From positions 18,912,001 to 18,976,000 of the forward strand of contig CM052816.1 of the NCBI GenBank assembly GCA_028534125.1: 64,000 bases of DNA. The letters are read 5' to 3'. Under the pieces are notes generated by a model. That model ran no database searches and had not been told where the DNA came from. It worked only from the letters and a program-made list of their open reading frames with translations. Numbering within the stretch: the first letter of the stretch is position 1; each line of letters starts with the position of its first letter. The stretch comes from Lama glama (Eukaryota). The position numbers were made by a program, and so were the translations under genes. This document shows positions 50,494-62,759 of this stretch, one piece after another.

Positions 50494-52520
50494 CACAGGG
50501 GCCCAAAGGTGTCATCAAGTTGAGGCTGGTGGGAGTGCACTGGAACCCTGGGCTCCTGCAGGCTCACACAAATGCCGGCAGCCTGTAGATTTCTCGAGAT
50601 GCCCATTATTACTGACCACTTTCCCTTTCTTGCTTACATTGACTAAAGTTACTTTTGGGACTTCTAGCAAATCTCCTAACACCCTTGTATAGAACGACGT
50701 CCAGCCTTCCCCCAGGTTGGGAGTACATGTGAGGTGCAGCAGGGGAAGGAGGGGCTGGGTAAAGTCCACCCAGCCAGAAGACAAGCACTTGGTCAGCCAG
50801 CCAAGATGGGCTCCTGCCTCCAGAGAGCATCCATTCAAAAAGGGACAGTGTGCCAAGCAGAGTCAGCTCTGAGGACAGCAGGTCAGGCACCAGGTCTGAG
50901 GCTACCACCGAGATACCATGGGGAGGAAGCTGAAACTTTGCTGAAAGGTGTTCATTTTGTTTTTAACCCCCCTCCCCATAATCTGATGCTGCTCCTTAGT
51001 GACTGTTTTCCCCTAAGCACAAAGTTGGGGGTGTCTGGGCCTCTGCTGCTCCAGAGTGAGCACTGGTGACCAGAGAGAAGCTACTCGAGACATGCAGAGT
51101 GCAAACCTTTCACTGAAATAGGCGCTTTTAGATCACTAAGGGGAGAAGGCGATGGGGGAGAGGGGCTCCACCGACTGCTTGCTGTCCTCACTCCTGGGCC
51201 TGGAAAGCCTCGCTGCTGGAACCTGAGGGGGCCTCAGAGGCTGCAAGCACCGCTCCAAGAGACACAGCACAAATGGGTGCCGGTGGAGGAGGTGCGGGAG
51301 GGGGCGGAAGAGGCCCACCCCCCACCTCCAGAGAGGAGATTCGCAAGCTTCTGTTACTTTAAGAGTCTTCAGACAGTGTTGGGGGTTGGAGAGTTATGGG
51401 GGGGGGGTTGGCCAAGGCTCCACCTAACTTGAGAAACTATCCATTCTTTCCTTGCCGCAGGGCTCCCAAAGCGCGCCATTCACCCGACCCTTGGTGAAGG
51501 TCAATAGAGCTATTGCCCTATTTCTTACCAACCTAGGAGGACCAAGGCAGCCTATTTCTGCCTTCTACCTTTGGAGCCACACCTGGTCACTCTGGTCTTT
51601 TTAAAAAGGGTTTTCCCCGGGTTCCCAGGGCGCTGCATGTCACTACCATTTATCGCGCGCTCCGTTACAAAAACGCCCTGCCAAGGTTCTCACGAACATC
51701 ACTTCACATCATCCTACACAGGATAGACCTGTGCCCTATTTTACAGACAGGGAAAACGAAGGCAAATCACTAGCACGAAGTCATGCGGCCACTCAGCAGC
51801 CAGAGTGAGGGAGCGCACCCGGGTTCCCAGCCGGCTCCAGGTTTCCGCAACTCGCTGCGCCGCTCTGACTTTCCGGCCAGCGCCCCGCCTCTGCATCCCC
51901 AACCCAGCGAGAGGCGCCTGGCCGGCCCCGGGAGGAGCGTGCCTCGGTCGCTAATCGCCCGCCGCCCCCGCCTATCGTTTCACTGCCTGGAGACGCCCGA
52001 GCTGGCTTAGCCCGGAGACGGCTCCCGGGGCCGCGCGACTCAGCCGATTGGCCCGCGGTAATTACGGGCACGCTCCGGGAGGGGGGAGGGGCGGGATGGC
52101 CCCCCGCGAGCATAAATTATGCAAATACCCGGGCGCCGCACGGGGCTGACCTGCCGCCAAGCTCCATTCAAGGGGGCTGCCTCGGGGGCGGAGGTGGCTG
52201 GGAAGGGGGGCTCCCATTGTTGCGCCCAGTACTTAAGGAGTCCTGAGGCCGGTCGTGTGCCACTCTCGGTACTCACACGAGCTGATCTGAACGCCGGCGA
52301 GATCACTCGGGAGACCGGCGGGAGCGTGGCCCCTGCAGGCGAGGCAAGGAGCTGAGGCCAAGTTCCCGGTGTGCCCCTGCGCCCTTTCAGGCCTTGGTGC
52401 CTACAGCCGGCACACAGTAGGCCTGGGCTGCCCGGAACGTAGGTGCGCCCCGGCGGCCCTGCCCGGGCTCCTGCCCTCTGAGCGCCCTCTTATCTGTCCT
52501 CTTATCTGCACAACGCCAGG

Positions 52521-53282
52521 ATGCCAGCTCCTCTGGAGACCTGCCTCTCGGATCTCGACTGCGCCAGCAGCAACAGCAGCACCAGCACCAGCACCAGCAC
52601 CAGCACCAGCGACCTGTCCGGCTTCCTCACCGATGAGGAGGACTGTGCCAGACTCCAACCGCCCGCGTCCGCATCGGGGCCGCCCGTGCCTGTCCGCAGG
52701 GGCGCACCCGGGATTCCCGGGGCGTCAGACACTCCTCGGGTGCAGGACGACGAGCAGGAGCGGCGGAGGCGCAGGGGCCGAGCGCGGGTGCGCTCCGAGG
52801 CGCTGCTGCACTCGCTGCGCAGGAGCCGGCGCGTCAAGGCCAACGACCGCGAGCGCAACCGCATGCACAACTTGAATGCGGCGCTGGACGCGCTGCGCAG
52901 CGTGCTGCCCTCCTTCCCCGACGACACCAAACTCACCAAGATCGAGACGCTGCGCTTCGCCTACAACTATATCTGGGCTCTGGCCGAGACTCTGCGCCTA
53001 GCTGACCAAGGGCTGCCCGGGGGCGGGGCCCGGGAGCGCCTCCTGCCGCCGCAGTGCGCCCCCTGCCTGCCCGGGCCCCCGAGCCCCGCCAGCGACGCCG
53101 AGTCCTGGGGCTCTGGTGCCGCCGCCTCCCCCTGCGCCGCTGCGGCCTCGCCACTCTCTGACCCCAGTAGCCCCGCCGCCTCCGAAGACTTCACCTATGG
53201 CCCCGGCGACCCCCTTTTCTCTTTCCCTGGCCTGCCCAAAGATTTGCTCCACACGACGCCCTGTTTCATTCCTTACCATTAG
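52521..53282 (+). CDS. NEUROG1: Neurogenin-1, proneural bHLH transcription factor (single exon, 253 aa)
   Basis: N-terminus [14 protein letters not shown], b[61 protein letters not shown] and C-terminus [12 protein letters not shown] are characteristic of NEUROG1; synteny with CXCL14. Confidence 0.99.
   Translation: MPAPLETCLSDLDCASSNSSTSTSTSTSTSDLSGFLTDEEDCARLQPPASASGPPVPVRRGAPGIPGASDTPRVQDDEQERRRRRGRARVRSEALLHSLRRSRRVKANDRERNRMHNLNAALDALRSVLPSFPDDTKLTKIETLRFAYNYIWALAETLRLADQGLPGGGARERLLPPQCAPCLPGPPSPASDAESWGSGAAASPCAAAASPLSDPSSPAASEDFTYGPGDPLFSFPGLPKDLLHTTPCFIPYH
52581..52610 (+). repeat. Coding hexanucleotide repeat (ACCAGC)5 encoding [10 protein letters not shown] in NEUROG1
   Basis: Five perfect in-frame units visible in the ORF. 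Confidence 0.97.
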
Positions 53283-53962
53283 GGCTCCTTTTGAATACCG
53301 TTACCTTCCCCCTCCCCCAGGCGACGGGCGGTAGTCGGGGCCCAGCTGCGGCCTCGGGACCCCCGGTCCAGGCAGAGGGAGGAAGCGGGAGCTTTAAAGG
53401 GGTGGGGGATACCTGAGCCGCTTGTTAGGTCGCTGCACCCTCGCAGTGGCTGCCCATTGGTCTGTTTCTCCAGCCCTCAGCCCTGGGCCCCTCCTGGTCG
53501 CCCCTAGACAGCCTTTCCTTTTGCACTTTCTGAACTCCACAAAACCTCCTTTGTGGCTGGCTCAGAGCTGACCCCAGCTACCACTTCAGTGTGATTTAGA
53601 AAAGGGACAGATCAGCCCCTGAAGACGAGGTGAAAAGTCAATTTTACAATTTGTAGAACTCTAATGAAGAAAAACGAGCATGAAAATTCGGTTTGAGCCG
53701 GTTGACAATACAATGAAAAGGCTTAATAAGGAGAGACAAGGAGTGGGCTTCATACATTATGGATCCCGACCCCCACCACTGCAGGCTTGCTCTAGGAAGA
53801 ACCCGAGACTCTAGCGTAGCTATTCAGGCACTGGGCTGGAGAGTGCTTTAATTTATTCAAGATGCTTCATTCATATGAAAATGTATTTTTGTACATATAG
53901 AGTTTATTCTATTATTATGAGCTATCAAAGTTTACATTTTTGTACTGCAGATGTTTCGTGTA

Positions 53963-53979
53963 AATAAAAACTAAATAAA
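53963..53979 (+). terminator. Tandem AATAAA polyadenylation signals of NEUROG1
   Basis: AATAAA at 53963-53968 and 53974-53979 after an AU-rich 3' UTR; T/GT-rich sequence downstream. Confidence 0.85.
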
Positions 53980-56519
53980 AAAAATAATGTCACCAAGTTT
54001 CTTTCCTAATGTTGGTGTCTCTGGGGCTTTTCTTCCCTTCCCCTGGCTGCTCAACACTTTAGTGAAACACTATCCCCACCCACGTTCAAACCCCCAGTCC
54101 TGTTTCAAAAACAATTAAAAAATAAAATGCACCTCATTTCCACCAAGAACTGGATAAAGACAGACTACAGCATTTGAGAGCCATCATTTCCTTTCACCTT
54201 GTAAACACAAGGGAGATCTTTCAGGCTCCCCATAAGCCAATTAAGACTTTTTACTGAAGAATTAGCCCCGGATATGCAGCTACCTGTAGAGGTAGGGGCG
54301 GTGGGAGAGTCTTTCTTTTGAGGAACTCTACATCAGCTGGCTCTGTGTTTCAAAGAGAGGGGATTAAAAAGATCAATACAGTGTGACCACTGGCTAGGAA
54401 GTCCCAGTGACAGGTGGGCCTATGCTGGGCAGGCAGAGGGGTCCACTCTTATAACAGCCTATTTAGAGGGGAAATTGATTTGTAAACAATGCCCCCAAAT
54501 TGTTCATTGAGTCTGGGAACACCCTGGCTGGGAGGTATGGGGTAAATTATGCTGGTGTGGTATCCCTGGATGGGTGTGCAGCTGCCTAAAATTGTGAGTT
54601 AGGGTGTCTGCACCTCTCCATCGCCCCCACCCCCTACACACATGCTGGGCCCACAGGGTCCATGGAGGGGGAGCTTGATCAGAGAGCCAGGGGCAACAGC
54701 CCAAGCTTCCATTTGCTGCCTGAAAAATCAGCCGCCCAGACTCAGGGGGGATTTTTCTGGCTGCAGCGTATTTGTTGTCTGACAATTAGCTAATAGCACT
54801 GACTAGTGTTAACTTTTGTTTTAAATCTTAGGATGTGGATAATTAGAAGAGCAAATTCCTAAAATGCAGCTGCTGCCTGTTCCCCCAGCTCATAAGTTAC
54901 CCCACATTAAGACCTAATTTTTTTCATTGGGTTGCCCCTTTTCAAGAATATGATTATTTAGTGGGAGGAGGTAGAAAGGAGTTTAGGAAAACAATATTCT
55001 ATGGCATTTGTGAAATCACATCTGTTTAGGAGGTGAAGAGAAACAGAGGCCAGAAGTAAGGCCACTAACAGCATTTTCCTTTGTGGAAGTGTTTCCCCTC
55101 ATCACACACATGTCCTGATGAATTGGCTCCACAGAGTCAGAGCCCAGCAGCCATGGTCAAGGAGCCCACTTTCAGATATAAAGACTGCTTTTCAGGAAGT
55201 TCTGGAAAGTTGGATGCTTTCTCTAACTGCTCTCAGAGCAGAGACAAGGTGTATTTTAGGAAAAGTTTCAGAAGTTGTGAGGGTTCAGAACGGAGTTGCT
55301 TCTGCTAAAAACTCCAAGGAAAAAGTTGTGTCTCCTGAATGACCCTGCCCGGGGCCCCGCTCTATTGTCTGTCTCAGAATTAATTCACTCTACCAGCTTT
55401 GCATTTTCCTAAAGCAAAAGACACAAAAACGGTCTGCATCAGATTTTCTGCTCTCCCGTGCATAGGATGCTTGGCAGTGCCTCCCTCCAGCTTTCTGTGG
55501 GGCTCAGGCGGGGTCTTCAAGAAGGCAGGTTCTATATGGAGACTTCGCTCAGCAGCAGTGTAGGTGCACGTGTCTGGGCTAGAAGAAGAAGACGGCCAAT
55601 TATGTGTATCATCATCCAAAATCCGTGGGAAAACCACCAGCAAACAAACATCCCACAAGCCCCTGGTCATCCTAGAGCCAATGGCTGTAGTAGGAGCTCT
55701 GTCTTATACAACTGCCTACAGCCAGCACTGCAAATGGAAAACAGAAAATGCCACTACCCCCAAGACTGAAGAAGAACAAAGTGTATTCCCAACTCTGTTG
55801 CCAAAATAGGCTCACAACTCAAGGCACATGGCCCAGAGCATCTTCCACCTAAAGAAACATCTTTAACAACATCACTTGCTAGGGGGAGTCTCCACCCCTG
55901 CCAGTTAATACTGTTCTTTCTTCCATGGAAGCAAGCCTGTCAGTATGGCCTTTGTAGCTCCTAAACAGGAGAAAAGAAGGAAGGGGCCTCTTTTTTCCTG
56001 CAGCAAACTCCCGTTCAGCCACTGACGCTGTAAAGGCAGGCTGGGGTTACAGAGTATTCTAATCAATTATAGAGCATAGAACATCCCGGTAACAGCCATG
56101 ATTCACTTCTTCCACAGAATCTTCCATTGAAGATTATTATAATCATCAAGCACTTAGAAAAGCTTATTTATTCTCTGACTAGACCTGCCTATTCACTTCT
56201 ATCCTGGTGTAACATGTGTGTTTTTATACTCTGCTTCCAAGCCTTTAAGAAATCAGGTCAAGGAGATTGGGATGACATAGTAAAATGAAGAATTTCACTC
56301 TGACTTTCATTTTTTTTCTTTTTCTTTTTTCCCTAAAGTAAATCTTAACTTTGTTTGGGGATTATTTAGGCAAAGATGCTGTTGCCAAAAAGAATAATCC
56401 CTTCGTACATACTATATCTAACTCCTACTGGATCCACATCCACTCCAGATAAAAACAGATGAAGAGCTGAAGGATGTTGGAAGGAATAGAGGACTTGGAA
56501 TAAAAACAACATTTTTTAA

Positions 56520-57240
56520 ATGACTCTTTATCAAGCCCTGCTGTGTGCTGAGCACCGTTGTAGACACTGGGCTGACCAAGACATAGCCCTCACCAGAAAG
56601 GCACATACACACTAACGGGAAAGACAAAATCACCTTATGACAGATGGTGGTAAATGTTGAGAAGAAAAAAGAACATCAGATAAGGGGAATATGGAATCCC
56701 AGGGTGGAAAGGAGGTTGTTCTTTTAGAAAAGATGGCCAGGTTTTGATGAGATGACATTTGAGCAGAGGCTCAGATGCAGCAGGAAGGTTCAAGCCTTGG
56801 CAGTATCTGGAGGGAAGCATCCCAAACAGAAGGCACCTCGAGGGGAAAGCCCCGGCCATGCATCGTGCAGTAGAGGGGTGAGGAGGCTCATGGGACTGGA
56901 GCAAGGGCATAAGGGGGGCAAGGATGGAGACAGATGGGGGCAGTGCAAATCATGATGTTTTTCCTCAAGGTAATGAAGGGTTGAAAGAAGAGGAGTGATG
57001 TGAAGTGATTTATATTTGTAAAGGCCACAGTGGTTGTTATAGGGATTGCAAGGTTTAGGGACCAGGGCAGAAATGGAGACCCAACTAAACATCTGCACAT
57101 TAGTCCTGAAGAAAGTCTTACAATAGCAGATGGGTTTAAGAGTGGTCAGAACCAGGATGACTTTTGAAGAAGGAAACAATAGGATTTATTTTAGGGTGTG
57201 AAAGAAAGAGAGAGATCAAGGATGACTTCAGAGATTTGGG
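56520..57240 (-). mobile_element. L2 LINE fragment
   Basis: GATGACATTTGAGCAGAGG...TCTGGAGGGAAGCATCCCAAACAGAAGG...AGATCAAGGATGACTTCAGAGATTTGG. Confidence 0.7.
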
Positions 57241-57769
57241 TCAGTCCCTTAGTCACTCCAGCCTCCTCTGGGCTCCTGCCACACTCAGGCCACTCCCCTG
57301 ATTATTGCACACACTCTGGACACATCAGTTTCTGAGAGACTTTGGGCTGCTTAAGCCCAAGAAACACACTTGCATCCTCTACATGCCCCTAGAGCCTGCA
57401 TCTCATCCTTCATCTGTGAGGTTCCATTGGGGCAGTTCACAACCTCAGTAGAAAATCGCCAGAGTGACTCTCAGTCTTTCTGGGCAGGTTTAACAATGGT
57501 CCAGGCCAAAGAGGGATAAGTTGGTTTCGTTCAGTCTTTTATCTTATCTTAGTTATTTTTACTGAAAGAAGGTCATAACCCTGCAGTCAGACAGCAGTGG
57601 GCAGGTGTGTGTGCGTGTGCGTGTGCGTGTGTGTGTTCAGGGAGGATGTTCAGGCATTTGCTCAGGTAAGTGGCCAAAAGAATCCATCATCTTGCTTTGG
57701 TTTCTACCACAAAGGAGCCCGTAGGTAACCAGAGCTACTGTACAAAAGAATCACCCAGGAAGCCTTTCT

Positions 57770-57910
57770 TCAAAAAATGTGGATATTTGAGTCCTTCCTC
57801 CAAAGATTTTTCCATCAGAATATTGAGACTGAAGCCCTGGCATTTGTATTTTTTGAAAAGTTGCACAGATGGTTAATACACACAGCAGGACTAGGAACCC
57901 ATGGGCTTTC
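57770..57910. mobile_element. MER5A-like hAT-Charlie fragment
   Basis: ATCAGAATATT...GCCCTGGCATTTGTATTTTTGAAAAG. Confidence 0.5.
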
Positions 57911-59725
57911 AAGCATTGTGCTTCCCACAAGATCCAGTCTACTGCCCAGGCAGCCCCAATGGAGTGGGAGCCCAGATGTGCATGGACGTGGAGCAACCCC
58001 TCTGCACACTTCCCTTGTGTGTTCATGGGTCATATACTACAGGGTAGTGCTTCAGATTTCTCAAAGACTAACACCAGGATGGGGCCAGTAAACCCCACTG
58101 TTTTACAGTGATACCCATTTGCTCCAAGCCCAGAATCACTTTAAATTTCATTTGTTTGGAGCGTAGTGACAGAAACTGCTGGTTATTCACTGAAGTCCAT
58201 TCTCCTCTCGTTCCTAGGCACAGTTAAGTGTGACTGTGTGACTGGGTTTTTTTCACTGAATCATGAGTGTAAGTCTTGCAAGCCATTTCTGGGACTATGT
58301 CTTCACAACCGTGGTGGGAGTCTGCACTTTTGTGCACAATGTAGAAAGCTGGAAAAAAAAATCACTCCTGGTCATAATTTTCTTAAGCTACTCAGAGATG
58401 TGAGGTTATGAAGCAATTAAATACAATTACAAGAGGAGACAGCCCCTCCAAGGAGAGACAGCGCATGTGAACTATTTTACCTTGGGCCAAGCATGGGGAA
58501 GAGAGGTGGCTGCCATATAAGCAGGTAAGAAGAAACTGGCTAAAATTTTAATAAAATCTTAAAAGCCAAATGTGGGCTAGGGGGTGAGTTTGGAATAGGA
58601 GAGTTTACGCCCACTTGCAAGCTCTTATCCATGGGCCCCACCATGTGCATACAACAAAGATTAGTCCAGGGCAGAAGACCAGAGGGAGTCCCCTCAGTGG
58701 TGGAGGTGTTCGGGAGTTAATTGTTGCTTGGGACTAGGCACTAGCCCCACTCACTTTCCCAGATATGCTATCCTTAAAGCAAAAGCAGGAGGCCACTGAA
58801 GAAAGAGCATTATCTCTCCTACAGTACAGGCAAAGATCTACTGATTCTGGGCAGAAATAGAAGCAAAACCCACCTGTTTCTGGTAGAGGGGTAGGAAACT
58901 GCCTCAATTTCAGGAAAAAGGCAAAGGTCAACTGCTGGTGGAGGAGGAGGAGAAGAAAACACCCTCTCTCCAGAGGGAAGGGCTGGGATCCTACAGCAAC
59001 ACAAAGCAAGGGTCTGCTACAACAAGGGGAGGAACAGGAACCTCCTTCCCAAGAACAACCACAGATACAAGGAAAAGTTTGGCTGCCAGGAGGATAAAGA
59101 GTTAGAAATCCTCACCAGGAAGCCAAGATGCACAGGATTTGCCAAAAACTGAGGCAGGACTGTCCTTTATGAACGTAGCATCGAGTAACAAGCAACATCA
59201 CTCTGGTGCTGGTAAGGGACAAAATCATGGAGAGAGACACCCCCTGGGGCACAGGTAGGCAAGAATGGCTGAAAGCTGAGGGGTGAAAAGGGTGCAAAGA
59301 AAAATCCTTTGGCACTTCCCTCAGTAAAAGTATATGGTAACAACAGCCCACTGCTGAAGAAACAGGAAGACTGTGGTGTAAGTAATAATAACAACAACAA
59401 GAAAATTCAAACCAAGCTCAACTCCTGACTATGTTGACTGACCACTCCCACCCCATATTAACTGCATGACAAAAGAAGAGGCGTGTCCAAGCATAAAATT
59501 ATTTACTTTAGTCTCTACTAGTTCTGTACACCTGGTGCCCAGTATTAACAAAAAATTACAAGACACACACACACAAATAAGAAAAACAACCTACTCCCAA
59601 GAGATAAAACAATCCATAGATCTAGACTCAGATATAACCCAAGTGTTGGAATTTTCAGATAGGAAATGTTAAATAGCTATAACTAACATGGTAAAGAATT
59701 TAATGGAAATTGTGGACAAAATGCT

Positions 59726-60214
59726 TATGTTAGTCAGAGTTCACCAGAGAAACAAAACCAATAGGATAAGAGGAGATTTATTATAGAAATTGGCTCACAC
59801 GGTTATGGAGGATGAGAAGTTCCATGATGTGCTGTCTGCAAGTTGGAGAACCAGGAAAGCCAGTGGTGTCATTCAGACCAAATCTGCAGGCTTGAGAACA
59901 GGCAGCCAACGATCTAAGTCCCGGTGTGAGTCCAAAAGCCCAGAAACCGGGAGCACTGATGTCCTAGAGCAGTAGAAGATGGCTGTCCCAGCTTAAGCAG
60001 AGAGAGCAAATTCACCCTTCCTCATTCTTTTGTTCTATTCTGGGCCTCAGTGGATTGGATGATGCCCCCCCATGCTGGGGAGGGAGATATCTTCTTTACT
60101 CAGACTCCCAGTTCAAATGCTAATCTCTTCCAGAGACTTCGTCACAAATACACTCAGAAATAATGTTTTACCAGTTTAGCCCAGTCAAGGTGACACGTAA
60201 AATGAACCATCAAA
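59726..60214 (-). mobile_element. MLT2-type ERVL LTR inserted in the L1
   Basis: GGAGATTTATTATAGAAATTGGCTCACACGGTTATGGAGG...CCCAGTCAAGGTGACACGTAAAATGAACCATC; 5-bp TSD ATGCT (59721-59725 and 60215-60219). Confidence 0.85.
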
Positions 60215-60672
60215 ATGCTTAAACAAATTTGGGAAATTCAGCAGAGAAATGAAAGCTATAAGAAGGAGTGAAATTGAAATGGTAGAAAATTAAGCATGAT
60301 ATTAGAGAAGAAGAATGCCTTTCATGGGCTCACTAATAGCCTGACATAGTTAAGGAAAGAGTCCATGAACTGAAGCTAGGTCAACAGACTGTATCCAAAC
60401 TGAAACACAAAGAGAAAAAGGAAAAACCACTACAAAATGAAGCATTCGAGGACCAATACCAAATGAAAACTTGAATCTAAGTAAAGAAATCAGAAAAAGA
60501 AGAAAATGGTAAAAAAAAAAAAAGGTAAAAGACCCCCTTTTTTACTTATCTTAAATCAGTTTAAAAGATGATTGTGTAAGACAACATGAGCAATACTGTA
60601 CTCTGGGGTTTAGAGCATAAGTAAAATGTACAAGAAAAATAACCCAAAGACTAGGAAGGATGAATGGGAATC

Positions 60673-60888
60673 CAGCTGACCCTTGAACAACATGAGTTTG
60701 AACTGGGTGGGTCCACTTATATGCAGATTTTTTTCAGTAAACATGTGCTGCAATATTATAGCACCTACAGTTGGTTGAATCCATGGTGTGGGACCCAATA
60801 CGGAGGGCCGACTCTAAGGAAATCCACAGGTTTTCCACTGCCTGGAGGGGGGACACCCCTAATCTCCACATTGTTCAAGGGTCAACTG
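60673..60888. mobile_element. Tigger2/MER8-type Tc1-mariner MITE inserted in the L1
   Basis: 18-bp TIRs CAGCTGACCCTTGAACAA / TTGTTCAAGGGTCAACTG (one mismatch), followed by TA. Confidence 0.85.
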
Positions 60889-62759
60889 TAGACTCTTGTA
60901 AGATTCTTTCACACAATGTGGTATAATATTCTTTGAAGGTACATTCAGATAAGTTAACAATGTATATTGTTCACTGTAAAATGATTATGAATCAATAAAA
61001 AATGTAAAAAAAAAACAATGTATATTGTAAACTCTAGGAGAAAAACAGCAAAAATTTAAAATGTGATATAAGTAACAAGCCAACAGTGGAAGTAAGATAG
61101 ACTAATAAACAATATTCAGTTACTTCAAAAGAAGTGCAAAAAAGCAATAAAAGAACAGATAAAAAAAAAACAGAAAACAACCAGGAAGACAAAAATTTAA
61201 ACCCAATCCCAATGATAATTACATTAAGTGCCAATTACATTAAAAGAAGATTGTCACATGGATAAAAAAGCAAGACCCAACTATACATTATTTACAAGAA
61301 ACCCACTTCAGATATAAAGATACAGATAGCTTAAAAGGAAAGGAAAAGAAAAAGATATACCATATTAATACTTAAAAAAATCTATGGTAGCTATATTAAT
61401 ATCAGACTGAACAGACTTAAGAGTGAGAAATATTTCCAAGGATAAAGAGGGACATTACATAATGATAAAGGGGTCAATTCACCAAGAAGATATGACAATC
61501 CTAAATGTGTAAGCACTCAATAATGAACCTTCAAAATACGTGAAACTATAACTGAAAGAAGAAACAGGCAAATCCACAAGTATAAAGATGCCAACAGTCA
61601 TCACATAGTAATATATACAGAAAGTAGACAGGAAACCAGTGAGGATATAGTTTGCCTGAACAACACTATTAACCAACCTGGCCAAATTTGTATTTATGGA
61701 ATACACCATCCACACTCACATGACAGTAGAATATACATTTTTGTCAGGTACACATAAAATACTTACCAAAATAGACATACATAGTCTGGGCCCTAAAACA
61801 ATTTCAATAATTTAAGTCATACAAAATGTGTTCTCCATAACAGCAGATTCCCCAAGTAATTGAAACAATATCCTCCTACACAGCCCACTGTTTAAAGAGG
61901 AAGTGTATTTAGTAACTTGTGCAGCAATTTAAGTCTGTTATCTAATAATAAAATAATTTAGGCTTGTGTTTTGTATGTCTTTGGGAGGTTTTTTCCCCCT
62001 TCATTTTCCCAGTGATTCATTTTTATTATTTTTTACAAATATTTTGGTCCAAAATGGATTGAAATTTTTTTTTTTAAAAAAGAGGGGTTCTTCACCACAT
62101 ATAGTTTGAGAAGCACTGCCCTGGAGAATGGTGGAGCAACCCAGAGGACCCTCCATCCCTGAATGACTACATGAAGCAGAGCCACCTGGCCACTTGGAAT
62201 GTTCTTCTTGGACTGTTACAGGAATGGGAAATGAACTTCCTTCTTTAAGTCACGGTGTCATCGTGTGTCCCTGTTACAGGAACCTTACCTTCACTGGGAT
62301 CGCCACAAAGGCATGATGTCTGCTGACTCTGAGCCACTGCTTTAGACCCAGGTAGATAGAAGCAAGCTGTTTCCAGAGAGAGCACAGGCTCATGGGAAAG
62401 CAAACAAGGTGAGCATTACTTTTCACACCACAGAGTGTCCCCACAAAAGAGAGAAGAGCTAAAGTTCTTACATCTTCAGCTGAGTACTGGTAGGCTGATA
62501 GCAAAGATGGAGCATGGAGCCATTCCAATGACCTGCAAGTGCCCAGCAGAACTTGGCTTTCCCTGGGTGGTTGTGGGAGGCACAGGGCTTCCATCAGCAA
62601 GTATAGCAGTGGCCGTTTGAACCATGGCTGCCCCAGAAAGATGGCTCTATGGCCTCCCTCTTATGGGGCCAACTTGGAATAAGCGTTTGTAACTATTATT
62701 AAAGAGTATTTAGGTAATGTAACTCACCTGTCCAGTTCTGTCAATTCCTAACTGGTAAT

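Larger units (their letters stand above)
51780..53420. promoter_or_regulatory. NEUROG1 CpG island and proximal promoter
   Basis: CpG-dense; reverse CCAAT (GATTGG, about 52046), GC boxes, octamer ATGCAAAT 52119-52126, Sox-type CATTGTT 52215-52221, TATA-like TACTTAA 52230-52236, N-box CACGAG 52276-52281. Confidence 0.85.
58400..61870 (+). mobile_element. Degenerate old L1 (5' region, ORF1 remnant and ORF2 endonuclease remnant)
   Basis: A-rich sense strand; GATAAAAAAGCAAGACCCAACTATA and GATAAAGAGGGACATTACATAATGATAAAGGGGTCAATTCACCAAGAAGATATGACAATCCTAAATGTG match the L1 ORF2 EN domain; many stops. Confidence 0.8.

Noticed and set aside
52369..53334. Alternative-frame and antisense ORFs overlapping NEUROG1
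   Set aside because: By-products of GC-rich codon usage and the hexamer repeat (APAPAP, AGAGAG and LVLVLV frames).
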